64,000 bases of DNA from Leidyana gryllorum EB-2025a (lineage: Eukaryota > Protista > Apicomplexa). Positions 1 to 13,400 of the stretch are shown piece after piece. Under the pieces are notes generated by a model. The model was not told the DNA's origin. It worked only from the letters and a program-made list of their open reading frames with translations, and made no database searches. Each line of letters starts with the position of its first letter. Position 1 is the stretch's first letter. Both the position numbers and the translations under genes were made by a program. The DNA lies in contig JBLWGC010000230.1 of NCBI GenBank assembly GCA_048772705.1, positions 124,001 through 188,000 of the forward strand, written 5' to 3'.

Positions 1-906
1 ACGTTCAGATATTCGCCAAGCTGAAGGATTGCAAAAAGTCACATTGGATATGAGGTCGAATGCATCCGCCTGGAACCCAATGAAACCTTTCAACTTTGTG
101 GTTGCCAATGAGGACTCGAATTTGTATACTTTCGATATTCGCAAGTTCACCAAAGCTCTTCGAATCCATCATGGCTTTGTCAACGCAGCGTAAGCGGTAC
201 TTTGTCCTCAATAATGATATCTGATGATGGTGTTACAGACTGGATGTGGACTTTAGTCCCACGGGTCAGGACATCTGTGCGGGTTCTCACGATCAGACTG
301 TCCGCATATGGAAAGAAGATCAGCCACGATCACGGGAGATGTACCACAATCGCCGACAGCAAATGTAAGTGTGCCGCCAAGTTGCACTCGTCAGAAACTA
401 TTTCTCGTCTCACAGAGTCACGAGTACTCGCTTCAGCGGGGATGGCCGCTACGTGCTGAGTGGGTCTTCGGATATGAACATACGAGTGTGGAAGTCGAAT
501 GCATCTGAGATTTTGGGACCCGTAAGTGACAAGATTGCTTTCCAAACGTCAACAATGTCTCGCCTCACAGAAAAACCGCCGTGAAACAGCTGCTGTGCTT
601 TACCGCGAGAAGTTAAAGGAGCGATATGCGGAACACGCGGAGATCAAACGCATAGCCAATGGCCGCAAAGTACCGAGATTCATCAAACGTCGTGCTGAGA
701 TGCGAGTCCAAGCGACTCAGAAGGAAAGCAAGAAGGAAGCCAACAGGCGGGCCCGAAGCGATCCGAGCGCCTCCACCAAGAAATTAAAGGAATCGATGAT
801 CCGAACAGTCGAGGTGGAAGATGCTCCAATGAAACCAGGCAAAGGGCGTCGTGGCAGTAAGAAAAAGCAGCAGGTTGGGTCTGATGCCGAGGAGGGAGCT
901 GAGTGA
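1..906 (+). CDS. SOF1: Sof1/DCAF13 WD40 U3 snoRNP-associated protein, 3' part (5' truncated)
   Basis: Spliced reading (introns 190-238, 365-415, 522-570) gives ..MRSNASAWNPMKPFNFVVANEDSNLYTFDIR..LDVDFSPTGQDICAGSHDQTVRIW..SREMYH..FSGDGRYVLSGSSDMNIRVWKSNASE..YREKLKERY..EIKRIA, typical Sof1 motifs. Confidence 0.93.
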
Positions 907-931
907 CCACTTGTGTGTGGTGTAAGCTGCT

Positions 932-2792
932 ATGCACCTCGGTTTGTGGACATTGATAATCTGTGTGGGGCTCTCCCATTCAACCTCGGCGCCTCTACAG
1001 CCTCCATTGAGCATTGAGAATCCGGAGAGTTCCTCCTTCAAGCTTCAATTCGACGACAAATTACCGGAGCCCCGTACCGATGGCGATCACGTTCGTCTGC
1101 TCAAGTCTGTGAGCCATAATTGCCCTCTGAATGGCCTTCGTGACGCCACGTTGGCCAGCTTCAGTCGCCAGGGGTTCCGCCATAGTGTGAACCAGGATCG
1201 AAAAGCCATCAATTGTCTCGAATGGGCCCCCGACCCCAGTCCCCTCCTTCAGATGGTACTGGCAGACGGACACGGCGAGAACGGTGGCTCATTCTCGGTG
1301 GCGGCGGTTGAACGGTTCCCCGTCGAGTTTCGAAAGTATCTCCATAAGGGCCGAGATTGGGCGACCGCTGCACGAAGCGCCTTCGCGTCCGTCCACTATG
1401 GAGTTGTTGATCTCGTCTCCAATGGGGGCAACACGATATCAACGGTCAATCTTCTCGATCATCCAGATCTACCTGGGAGTCTGAAGCTCATGGGCATCAA
1501 CTTGGGGGACAGTCGAGCATCGCTCTTCTCTATACCGCGTGATCCGACCAAGTCAGCCTTGACGGTGAACTTGACTGTGGACTTTAATGTCAAAGATGAG
1601 TTTGCATCTGCCGCTGAAGTCATGATGCGGTTTGTGCGGTATGGCTACAAGCCGATCCAACGGGTGCAAGGGCGGAGCTCGTGTACCATCGATGTGAACA
1701 ACAGCACGGCATTAGCCGAAGCAATAATTAGACGAGTGGATTTCCCCATTATCTTCGTTCCCCACTTTGTACAGTATGACTGGGATGTTCATGACTACTG
1801 TCGTTTTCTACCTCCCATCTCACAACCCTTCGTGTGCCACGAGCATCCTTCTCTGAAACCTCTATCCGATGTGCTACCAAAACCATTCCGCCGATTTGGA
1901 TACATGAGCAGGAATCACTGGGGCTTCATGATGGACTCCGACCCCTTACCACTCGTCTTGGAGGAGCCTCCTGCCGACGTAGGAGGGCCGCCAATAACGC
2001 TGGTGACACCCAGGCGACGAGCTCTCGTGCAGAAGCATGAGCAATCCACAGCGACAAAGACGACCTCAAGTGCGGCGACCTCCGATTCTGCCGCTGAAGA
2101 GGTGCAACGAGCTGACAGTGTACTCACAGAGGACAATGTCGAAGCCCTGAAACTCTATTCACAGTCACAATATTGCCGCTTCCTGTTCCCAGTGGAATGT
2201 GGTTTGATGGTAAGTGGGATCACCTGGGCAAACCCACACTTTGCATCAGCCTACCAATGGGATGGGCGATCCAAATTGCCTATTGTTAGAATATGCTGAT
2301 TGGGCCCCGCCACCGCAGCCTATGACCGCAATTCTCCGCCCCAGCGATGCCTATGACACTTTTCTGGTTTTGGCCTCCGACGGGGTATGGGACTCATTTA
2401 AAGCTTTTCAACATCATCCGTTTGAGGGGCATTCCGATGGACAGCCCCTCATAGATTACGTGCTGCAAATGGCAAAAAATGATAGCGCCTGGGTCAACGA
2501 GTCCTCCCAGCCTGCCACCGAAGAGCCAGCGGGCCAGGAGGCGGCTGCAGGAACGAGCACAGACTCCAAGGGTGTCGGGTTGAAGCCTCTGTCCCAACAC
2601 AAATTGCAGTTCCCAACGAGTTTGCCACGTGAACCTCCGCTCTTGGTGGCATATGCCTTGTGGAGAATGCAGGTTTATACGGGGGACGATTACACCGGCC
2701 AGGTAATAAATACTGCGTGCGCATCATTCAGGTTTATTTGAGAACAGATATTGTACCTCCCTGGGAAGGTCCTTGCGGAAAGCATCATTTAG
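932..2792 (+). CDS. Secreted PP2C/PPM-family protein phosphatase with signal peptide
   Basis: N-terminal hydrophobic signal; PP2C motifs NQDR, LADGHG, NLGDSRA, GMGD, LVLASDGVWD, GDDYT; introns 2210-2249 and 2703-2747 (last acceptor less certain). Confidence 0.8.
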
Positions 2793-4579
2793 TACAAGCC
2801 AACTTTCCCGACCCGACTGAAACCTGGAAAGGTGGCGTTGGCCGGCTGCAAAGATCCAGTCGATACAGCAGTTGGACAAGTCAAACTCACGTCTAAGACA
2901 GCCATAATCAGAACTGGCAAGCCCGATTTTCCCTCGTACAAGCTGGAAGGCCGATCACATCTCACTGCGTACTTGTCCGCATTTGTAACTCCATGTGCAG
3001 CATACTGTGTGGATCTTCGATATTCGATGGAGCTCGACAACTGCTCACCTGAGCTGCCCGCCGTAAGTACTTGGGGTCGCTGACCACGTTGGAAACCTCA
3101 ACTAATGCGATACCGTTCCCACTCAAGCCATGACATAAGCCGAGCCGTCGGAGACAGCCTCTGGTGTGCGACATTATATGAAGGTCCTCGCTCACTCACC
3201 GATCTCGAGTGACGGCTGCCAGTTCCGTCAACGCTTCGTGAAGAGAATACCGCGAGCTCATTGGTATTTTGTGAATCTTCTCGTTCCTCAACAGTTCAGC
3301 GATAACCAGGAGAGCCCCAGGCGCGCCGTGGCACCATTGAACAAGTTTGTCTTGTCGACTCCAGGCAGGGAGGGAGGAGACCAGATTGGACGAAGCGTAG
3401 CGAGCCTCGTTCAGCATGGTTTGGAGAGTCTTGAACAGCAGGGTCTTGACGGTGCCCGCCTCCAATCCAAGAACTGCAGACGACGCATAGATCCACAGGA
3501 ATCAAGCAGCGGAGTCTTACCAGCTTCCACCGATGGAAAACACTCCTGAGCCAAGAAAAGACAATGGATGATGCCCAGATATCCATGAGCCGCTCCAACA
3601 TATGCCTGTCGCCACTTTTGAGCCAGCGTTCGTTCCCAACTTACTTTCCCATGCCATTCCCACATCAGCCCCACCTCGACGGGGGTATCTTCAATGGTGC
3701 CTTCGGCTTTATTTGCCGTTGTAATTCCAGTCCGAATGATGTGCGCTGCCAATCGAACCATAGCTGGGTGCAACACGGAACGATCGGAATGCTTCTGGTT
3801 CAAAGCAAAGTGCAGAGCGTAGAGAAGTCCCGCGCTTTTGAAGAGATATCGCATTTGACTGTCTCATTTCGGCAGACTCACCGGCCGTACAAGACTTCAC
3901 ACTCCTCGGGCTCGAGAGTCTTCTCAGCGTTCCGACTCACTTGGGTCAATATGTCACAGAGAGTGTGGATCTCATCTTGGAAGGTAATGCGTTTGCCCTC
4001 ATCTTCGGTCTCCCCGATCTTTCGAGACAAAATGGCAATCTGGACGGCAATGAATCCTGGCCGTCCCTCCAAAAAGGAGAAGTGCGCGCGCTCGGAGCTG
4101 CAGCCGGGAAGATAGAGCCGAGATTTTGACCACCGCTCACTCATTTCTGGATGCCGCGTGCTTCATAAATCGCTCGGCTCGATCCAGTAGCCAAGATGGA
4201 GTGACTCCTATCTGCTCGACAGCGACTAGGTTGGCTCCCAGTCGTGAGCGTGTCACGAAGTCATATGCAGTCAAGTAGGTGAGGGCCACTCCCGCGGTCC
4301 CTGCATTTACGGTACGATCAAGTCTTCGTTCAATCCTTACCGACGTAGACACTGACCCCTTCGAGATTGCCACTTACAAAGGCCTCAGATTCGAGCTCTT
4401 GCAGCAGTTTCCCTAAGCTCCGCAATAACGGAGACCTGCTCTTCCAAGCAGCCACGTCCAGAGTAGAGAGTAGAAACTCACGTCAGTTGGGGCAGCAGGG
4501 CGCCAGTAGTTTCATCGAAGGCTGCGGGTGGTAATTCTTCAACTTTGACATATCGATCATGATCTATAGTGGCTCTCAT
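2789..4579 (-). CDS. LANCL: LanC-like protein (LanCL family), multi-exon
   Basis: Motifs EVLYGR, YVGAAHGYLGI, LVQWCHGAPG, GLCHGLSGNG, DRPSSLYEG, FPGF across spliced exons; start ATG 4579 (MRATIDHDRY) inferred. Confidence 0.9.
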
Positions 4580-4596
4580 CCCGAAGGTGCACGAGC

Positions 4597-5244
4597 ATGC
4601 CCCGTGCAACACTCGACCAAGCTGCAAGACAAGCTCTCTTCAGTGCTTTCGGGGAAGTTTTCGCTGCTGATCACTCCTTCGTGGCCTTACCCAATCATGC
4701 TTCAGTTATTACCACGCTACAACACGGCCGAAACCTTCTGCACGCATTGAAACGTCACCAAAGCATGAAAGGCCATCAGTCTCAGAAGATTGTCGCGGCT
4801 ATCGAGGATCTGCAAACCCAATTGACCAATGCTACGCTCACACAAGAAGTTGGACCCATTGCTGACCGATTGAGCATATACACCGAGCTGCTATCGCACA
4901 CCAATCGATCGGTCGTAGCTACCCCAGAATCGCTGAAGCCCGGATCTTCAAAGCGGCCCGTTGATCTTGATGATGAAAATGAGCGCAAGAAGCTTGTGGA
5001 AAAGGCTTTACGACGGGCCATCCAGGACTTCCAACGACTTGATACTGGTGCCATTTCCACCGGCAACGGGAGGCAAAGTTCGCGGAGCGCGGCAGTCGAC
5101 AATCAATCGCTCGACGTTGTTGCTCTATCACTAATGGAACGATGGATAGCTTACAAAGCGGCCTGTTCTACCTCGACGGATGAAACTATGGGAATTCTGG
5201 AAGCAGATGTTTTGAGTGAAGCTTTGGGCATTGTAAACTATTGA
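4597..5244 (+). CDS. Hypothetical protein (215 aa, helical)
   Basis: Uninterrupted ORF filling the space between neighbouring genes; no recognisable motif. Confidence 0.6.
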   Translation: MPRATLDQAARQALFSAFGEVFAADHSFVALPNHASVITTLQHGRNLLHALKRHQSMKGHQSQKIVAAIEDLQTQLTNATLTQEVGPIADRLSIYTELLSHTNRSVVATPESLKPGSSKRPVDLDDENERKKLVEKALRRAIQDFQRLDTGAISTGNGRQSSRSAAVDNQSLDVVALSLMERWIAYKAACSTSTDETMGILEADVLSEALGIVNY

Positions 5245-5331
5245 AATCAGCAAAGTTTCGAGTCTCATTATTGTATTGGCCTCCCGATTCCGTATATAAT
5301 CAGCTAATCTTTCGATTCCGTCTATAATCAG

Positions 5332-6381
5332 CTACTCTTCCGCAACAGGTGGAGTTGCTTCGATCGGAAGCGTCATCGGACGCTGAGTAGGACGGGGACG
5401 AGGACGGGGCGGACGCGGACGATGTCCACCGCCATGGCCGCCACCACCACCGTGGCCACCGCCGCCTCCGTGGCCACCACCTCCTCCGTGGCCTCCGCCA
5501 CCGCCAGATCCACCGCCACCACCGGATCCACCAGATCCGCCCGATCCGCCAGCGCCTCCTGATCCACCGGCACCACCTGATCCACCGGCACCGCCTGATC
5601 CACCGGCACCGCCTGATCCACCGGCACCGCCTGATCCACCGGCACCGCCTGATCCACCAGCGCCGCCTTCACCACCAGAACCGCCAGCGCCACCAGAGCC
5701 ACCGGAACCGCCAGAGCCACCGGAACCGCCAGAGCCACCAGATCCGCCGCCGCCTCCGTGGCCACCACCTCCACCATGGCCACCGCCACCACCCCAGCCG
5801 CCTCCGCCGCCCCATCCTCCGGGACCACCCCAGCCGCCGCCACCACCATAACCAGGACCTCCAACGTAGCCAGGACCTCCAACGTAGCCAGGACCTCCAA
5901 CGTAGCCAGGACCACCAACAACACCTCCGCCGCCAACGACACCTCCGCCAACGACACCTCCACCTCCAACATAGCCTGGACCACCGACGACATATCCCGG
6001 TGCGCCTACACCCACTGGGGCGCCTCCAACAACCACTGGTTGCACCACATATCCTGGAGATTGAACATAAACAGGACGACGCGGAGGAGGACGACGTCTC
6101 GGGGGAGGACGTCTGTAAGGACGTCTACGAGGAGGACGTCTTCGCGGGGGCCTTCCTCCTGGTCTGCCAGGCCTGCCAGGGCGACCTGGCCTGCCCGGAC
6201 GAGTCGGACGGCCGCCTGAGCCTCCGCCGCCTCCCGAACCACCAGGGCCTCCCAAACCCTCCTGACCAGGCGGGCCTCGCTGCAGCTTTCTCACAATCGG
6301 CGCTTCTACAACACTTGCATCTCCAATCGAGCTTGTAACCGCCAAAGCGGAGATAAGTCCAATGCTTGATATCAATCGCAT
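5332..6381 (-). CDS. Secreted glycine-rich structural protein (GGS/GGA, GPGYVG, GGGGH, RPG/RPP repeats) with RKLQ motif
   Basis: ATG 6381 MRLISSIGLISALAVTSSIG signal peptide, then VRKLQ, then low-complexity repeats. Confidence 0.82.
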   Translation of the reverse strand: MRLISSIGLISALAVTSSIGDASVVEAPIVRKLQRGPPGQEGLGGPGGSGGGGGSGGRPTRPGRPGRPGRPGRPGGRPPRRRPPRRRPYRRPPPRRRPPPRRPVYVQSPGYVVQPVVVGGAPVGVGAPGYVVGGPGYVGGGGVVGGGVVGGGGVVGGPGYVGGPGYVGGPGYVGGPGYGGGGGWGGPGGWGGGGGWGGGGGHGGGGGHGGGGGSGGSGGSGGSGGSGGSGGAGGSGGEGGAGGSGGAGGSGGAGGSGGAGGSGGAGGSGGAGGSGGAGGSGGSGGSGGGGGSGGGGGHGGGGGHGGGGGHGGGGGHGGGHRPRPPRPRPRPTQRPMTLPIEATPPVAEE

Positions 6382-6402
6382 TGGTTTGATAAGAGTTGAG
6401 GA

Positions 6403-6418
6403 CCCCACAACGCGTGCA
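6403..6418. promoter_or_regulatory. Putative cis-element pair CCCCAC + CGCGTGCA upstream of the Gly-rich gene
   Basis: Near-identical arrangement recurs upstream of other secreted genes (7225, 26768, 27696, 28326). Confidence 0.5.
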
Positions 6419-6697
6419 AGCTCATACTCCCCACAGTGTCCCATACCCCCCATCCTGTCCCAATTTGGCAGGGCAGGGTATCAACTCTGTTATCTAAGGC
6501 GACTGTGCCCAAGCCCTTATCATGCCCCAACACAGATTATCATAATGTAGCACCATTGTTGAGCGGGCCACAGCGCTCCGCATGTACGTGACGATGAGCG
6601 ACACTTCACTGTATCATCGCTATTGGTCTTTGCAGAATATAACATATGCAACTAAAATCAGACTTATTGTTGGTCATCGACGCGTGTTCTTTCGTCT

Positions 6698-7216
6698 TCA
6701 AGCGCGACTATCGCCTCGCGAACCGCGACTTCCGCCGCTTCGGCCTCCCCGTGAACCTCCACGCGATCCCCCACGAGATCCACCACGTCCCCGACCCCCA
6801 CGCGATCTTCCGCGCCCTCCACGCGAGCCTCGACGTCCCCCACGGGAGCCTCCACGCCCACCCCTGCCGCGACCGCCACGGCCTCTTCCACGTCCGCGAC
6901 CTCGTGGACTCCTGCCACGTGGCCGTTCCTGAGGGCCTTCAGGTCCCGATGGGCCACCCCCGGGTCCCTGAGGGTATCCCATGGGTGGACCCCCTTCATA
7001 AGGTCCGGGAGCGCCTCCGAAGTTACCCTCAGATTGTGGCGGGCCACCAGGTCCGAAAGGGGGTGGACCAGCCGGGGGGAACTCGGATTCTCCGACTTCC
7101 TGGTCTTCTACCATGTCCATTTCGAATGCATCATCCTCTTGTTGTTGTCTACTCGGAACAACCTCCGAGGCCACTAAGGCTACACCGATAGCTAAGATGA
7201 CTGAGAAAAGTTTCAT
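6698..7216 (-). CDS. Secreted protein: acidic pro-segment, GPP-rich middle, RGG/SRGG C-terminus
   Basis: ATG 7216 MKLFSVILAIGVALVASE signal peptide; SRQQQEDD; C-terminal RGG repeats. Confidence 0.8.
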   Translation of the reverse strand: MKLFSVILAIGVALVASEVVPSRQQQEDDAFEMDMVEDQEVGESEFPPAGPPPFGPGGPPQSEGNFGGAPGPYEGGPPMGYPQGPGGGPSGPEGPQERPRGRSPRGRGRGRGRGGRGRGGRGGSRGGRRGSRGGRGRSRGGRGRGGSRGGSRGGSRGGRSGGSRGSRGDSRA

Positions 7217-7224
7217 CTTGATAA

Positions 7225-7242
7225 CCCCACACAATGCGTGCA
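7225..7242. promoter_or_regulatory. Putative cis-element pair CCCCAC + TGCGTGCA in the divergent RGG-gene/mucin promoter
   Basis: ACCCCACACAATGCGTGCA versus ACCCCACAACGCGTGCA at 6402. Confidence 0.5.
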
Positions 7243-7401
7243 GTAACGGCACGCGCCTCCCCCCCCAATTGACCCTGACGATCTAGATGGTCCTGAATCC
7301 CATGAATATGTGTTCATAAGTCGATATTAGTGCGATCGCACGTGTGTGCTTTGGTGTCTCGCACCGGCACAGAAAGTGCTTTTTAACGCTCCCCATTTTT
7401 C

Positions 7402-10400
7402 ATGAAGCTGCTATGGGCCGCAGCTGCAACTGCAGCTTCGACCTGCGCGCAGTCTATTTGTTATGCTCCCGCCCCCTACCGGATCAACAATTGTGTTCCC
7501 TGTGAACAACGTGTATCATGGAATGAAAATCTTTGTCAAGTTGGATTCTATCAACTGCCTTGTGCTGCCACGGTGGATGAGTGTTGTACCGCCCCTACCA
7601 ATAATAATCAAATCAGTGATCAAGCTGAATGCCTGGCGGGAAGTGAAACGGGGTTAGACCCGGCTCCCCGATGTGAATATGCAGTGTCACGCAACACAGA
7701 GTACACCAACGAGGAATGTGTTGATTTATGCGAACAATGGAATGCACTGTCTCCCAACGTCCCCCAAGACCTTCAAGATGATTTCAATGAGCATTGTTAT
7801 GAACAACGCGGCCCTGGAGACTGTTTTGATCGATGGATCTATGGCTATGGCGATGGACAACTGGCCTCCATTGACGATGTTTACTACACAACTGACACAG
7901 CAGCGGAGTGTCAGACATTATGTCAACAGGAACCAGATTGCTTGGGATTCTTTTATCGTGTTGACAAGAAGCAATGTGGGTTGAAAAATATCTCAATGGT
8001 GACGGATGCTATCCAACAACCCACTGAAAACGGAGCTGTGATCGACACCGACATATGCAATTATAACCAGGAGTATGCGTGCGATTACCTGTACAAATGC
8101 GCGGAATGCGACGGCGTTCGTCGCTGCGTCTGGGAGTCCACAGCGCACATCGCTGGTCCGAAGTACTGTGGTCAGGATCTTGATGTTTGTGATCCAATCC
8201 CACCGTGGTTCACATCTACCACGCAGTGTCCAACCGAACCGCCTACCACAGCAGCACCACAAACTACCGTAGTCGAAACTACCACCACAACCGAGGAGAC
8301 GACCACCACCACAGAAGAGCCGACCACTTCTACTGAAGAGACAACGACAACTACAGAGGAAACTACCACGACAACCGAGGAGACAACCACCACCACAGAA
8401 GAGCCGACCACTTCTACTGAAGAGACAACGACAACTACAGAGGAAACTACCACGACAACTGAGGAGACAACGACAACCACTGAAGAAACTACAACCACTA
8501 CAGAACCCGAGACTACGACAGAAGTGGAAACGACCACTGCTGCTCCCGAGGAAACTACTACCACCACTCAAGAAACGACAACCACTACCGAGCCCGAAAC
8601 TACCACGGAAGCGGAAACGACCACTGCAGCTCCTGAGGAGACAACTACCACCACTGAAGAAACAACAACCACGACAGAGCCCGAGACCACGACAGAAGCG
8701 GAAACGACCACAGCTGCTCCTGAGGAGACAACTACCACCACTGAAGAAACTACAACCACTACAGAACCCGAGACTACGACAGAAGCGGAAACGACCACTG
8801 CTGCTCCTGAGGAGACAACTACCACCACTGAAGAAACTACAACCACTACAGAACCGGAGACTACGACAGAAGCGGAGACAACCACTGCTGCTCCTGAGGA
8901 GACAACTACCACCACTGAAGAAACAACAACCACGACAGAACCCGAGACTACGACGGAAGCGGAAACAACCACTGCTGCTCCTGAGGAGACAACTACCACC
9001 ACTGAAGAAACTACCACCACTACAGAACCCGAGACCACTACAGAAGCGGAAACAACCACTGCTGCTCCTGAGGAGACAACTACCACCACTGAAGAAACAA
9101 CAACCACGACAGAACCGGAGACCACGACAGAAGCGGAAACGACCACTGCAGCTCCTGAGGAGACAACTACCACCACTGAAGAAACAACAACCACGACAGA
9201 ACCCGAGACTACGACGGAAGCGGAAACAACCACTGCTGCTCCTGAGGAGACCACTACCACCACTGAAGAAACTACCACCACTACAGAACCCGAGACCACT
9301 ACAGAAGCGGAAACAACCACTGCTGCTCCTGAGGAGACAACTACCACCACTGAAGAAACAACAACCACGACAGAACCCGAGACTACGACGGAAGCGGAAA
9401 CAACCACTGCTGCTCCTGAGGAGACCACTACCACCACTGAAGAAACTACCACCACTACAGAACCCGAGACCACCACAGAAGTGGAAACGACCACTGCAGC
9501 TCCTGAGGAGACAACTACCACCACTGAAGAAACAACAACCACGACAGAACCCGAGACCACGACAGAAGCGGAAACGACCACTGCAGCTCCTGAGGAGACC
9601 ACTACCACCACTGAAGAGACAACAACCACGACAGAACCCGAAACTACGACGGAAGCGGAAACGACCACTGCAGCTCCTGAGGAGACCACTACCACCACCG
9701 AAGAAACTACCACCACTACAGAGCCCGAGACCACTACAGAAGCGGAAACAACCACTGCTGCTCCTGAGGAGACCACTACCACCACTGAAGAAACCACAAC
9801 CACTACAGAACCGGAGACTACGACAGAAGGGGAAACGACCACTGCTGCTCCCGAGGAGACAACTACCACCACTGAAGAGACTACAACCACGACAGAACCG
9901 GAGACTACGACAGAAGCGGAAACGACCACTGCAGCTCCTGAGGAGACAACTACCACCACTGAAGAAACAACAACCACGACAGAACCCGAGACTACGACGG
10001 AAGCGGAAACAACCACTGCTGCTCCTGAGGAGACCACTACCACCACTGAAGAAACTACCACCACTACAGAACCCGAGACCACTACAGAAGCGGAAACAAC
10101 CACTGCTGCTCCTGAGGAGACAACTACCACCACTGAAGAAACAACAACCACGACAGAACCCGAGACTACGACGGAAGCGGAAACAACCACTGCTGCTCCT
10201 GAGGAGACCACTACCACCACTGAAGAAACTACCACCACTACAGAACCCGAGACCACCACAGAAGTGGAAACGACCACTGCAGCTCCTGAGGAGACAACTA
10301 CCACCACTGAAGAAACAACAACCACGACAGAACCCGAGACCACGACAGAAGCGGAAACGACCACTGCAGCTCCTGAGGAGACCACTACCACCACTGAAGA

Positions 10401-13400
10401 AACAACAACCACGACAGAACCCGAGACAACAACGGAAGCGGAAACCACCACTGCTGCTGCTGAGGAGACAACCACCACCACTGAAGCAACGACCACCACT
10501 ACGGAACCCGAGACCACGACCGAAGCGGAAACGACCACTGCTGCTCCTGAGGAGACAACTACCACCACTGAAGAAACCACAACCACTACAGAACCCGAGA
10601 CCACGACAGAAGCGGAAACGACCACTGCTGCTCCTGAGGAGACCACTACCACCACTGAAGAAACCACAACCACTACAGAACCGGAGACTACGACAGAAGG
10701 GGAAACGACCACTGCTGCTCCCGAGGAGACAACTACCACCACTGAAGAGACTACAACCACGACAGAACCGGAGACTACGACAGAAGCGGAAACGACCACT
10801 GCTGCTCCTGAGGAGACAACTACCACCACTGAAGAAACCACAACCACTACAGAACCCGAGACCACTACAGAAGCGGAAACAACCACTGCTGCTCCTGAGG
10901 AGACAACTACCACCACTGAAGAAACAACCACCACGACAGAACCCGAGACTACGACGGAAGCGGAAACAACCACTGCTGCTCCCGAGGAGACAACTACCAC
11001 CACTGAAGAAACTACAACCACTACAGAACCCGAGACCACTACAGAAGCGGAAACAACCACTGCTGCTCCTGAGGAGACAACTACCACCACTGAAGAGACT
11101 ACAACCACGACAGAACCCGAGACTACGACAGAAGCGGAAACAACCACTGCTGCTCCTGAGGAAACAACTACCACCACTGAAGAAACTACAACCACTACAG
11201 AACCGGAGACTACGACAGAAGCGGAAACGACCACTGCTGCTCCCGAGGAGACAACTACCACCACTGAAGAAACTACAACCACTACAGAACCGGAGACTAC
11301 GACAGAAGCGGAAACAACCACTGCTGCTCCTGAGGAGACAACTACCACCACTGAAGAAACTACAACTACTACAGAACCCGAGACCACGACAGAAGCGGAA
11401 ACAACCACTGCTGCTCCTGAGGAGACAACTACCACCACTGAAGAAACTACAACCACTACGGAACCCGAGACCACGACAGAGGCGGAAACGACCACTGCTG
11501 CTCCTGAGGAGACAACTACCACCACTGAAGAAACTACAACCACTACAGAACCCGAGACTACGACAGAAGCGGAAACGACCACTGCTGCTCCCGAGGAGAC
11601 AACTACCACCACTGAAGAAACCACAACCACGACAGAACCGGAGACCACGACAGAAGCGGAAACGACCACTGCTGCTCCTGAGGAGACAACTACCACCACT
11701 GAAGAAACTACAACCACTACAGAACCCGAGACCACTACAGAAGCGGAAACAACCACTGCTGCTCCTGAGGAGACAACTACCACCACTGAAGAAACAACCA
11801 CCACGACAGAACCCGAGACTACGACAGAAGCGGAAACGACCACTGCTGCTCCTGAGGAGACAACTACCACCACTGAAGAAACTACAACCACTACAGAACC
11901 CGAGACCACTACAGAAGCGGAAACGACCACTGCTGCTCCTGAGGAGACAACTACCACCACTGAAGAAACAACAACCACGACAGAACCCGAGACAACAACG
12001 GAAGCGGAAACCACCACTGCTGCTGCTGAGGAGACAACAACCACCACTGAAGAGACTACAACCACCACAGAACCGGAGACTACGACAGAAGCGGAAACGA
12101 CCACTGCTGCTCCTGAGGAGACAACTACCACCACTGAAGAGACTACGACCACTACTGAACCAGAGACTACGACAGAAGCGGAAACGACCACTGCTGCTCC
12201 TGAGGAGACAACTACCACCACTGAAGAGACTACAACCACCACAGAACCGGAGACTACGACAGAAGCGGAAACGACCACTGCTGCTCCTGAGGAGACAACT
12301 ACCACCACTGAAGAGACTACGACCACTACGGAACCCGAGACTACGACAGAAGCGGAAACGACCACTGCGGCTCCTGAGGAGACAACTACCACCACTGAAG
12401 AGACTACGACCACTACGGAACCCGAGACTACGACAGAAGCGGAAACGAGCACTGCTGCTCCTGAGGAGACAACTACCACCACTGAAGAGACTACGACCAC
12501 TACTGAACCAGAGACTACTACAGAAGCGGAAACGACCACTGCTGCTTCTGAGGAGACAACCACCACCACTGAAGAGACTACGACCACTACTGAACCAGAG
12601 ACTACGACAGAAGCGGAAACGACCACTGCTGCTCCTGAGGAGACAACTACCACCACTGAAGAGACTACGACCACTACTGAACCAGAGACTACGACAGAAG
12701 CGGAAACGACCACTGCTGCTCCTGAGGAGACAACTACCACCACTGAAGAGACTACAACCACCACAGAACCGGAGACTACGACAGAAGCGGAAACGACCAC
12801 TGCTGCTCCTGAGGAGACAACTACCACCACTGAAGAGACTACGACCACTACGGAACCCGAGACTACGACAGAAGCGGAAACAACCACTGCTGCTCCTGAG
12901 GAGACAACTACCACCACTGAAGAAACTACGACCACTACTGAACCAGAGACTACGACAGAAGCGGAAACGACCACTGCTGCTCCTGAGGAGACAACTACCA
13001 CCACTGAAGAGACTACGACCACTACTGAACCAGAGAGTACGACAGAAGCGGAAACGACCACTGCTGCTCCTGAGGAGACAACTACCACCACAGAACCGGA
13101 GACTACGACAGAAGCGGAAACGACCACTGCTGCTCCTGAGGAGACAACTACCACCACTGAAGAGACTACGACCACTACGGAACCCGAGACTACGACAGAA
13201 GCGGAAACAACCACTGCTGCTCCTGAGGAGACAACTACCACCACTGAAGAAACTACAACCACTACAGAACCGGAGACTACGACAGAAGCGGAAACGACCA
13301 CTGCTGCTCCCGAGGAGACAACTACCACCACTGAAGAAACTACAACCACTACAGAACCGGAGACTACGACAGAAGCGGAAACAACCACTGCTGCTCCTGA

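Noticed and set aside
2789-7216. LanCL plus nearby small secreted proteins as a lanthipeptide cluster
   Set aside because: No LanB/LanM dehydratase; the neighbours lack Cys/Ser/Thr core peptides; stand-alone LanCL is widespread in eukaryotes
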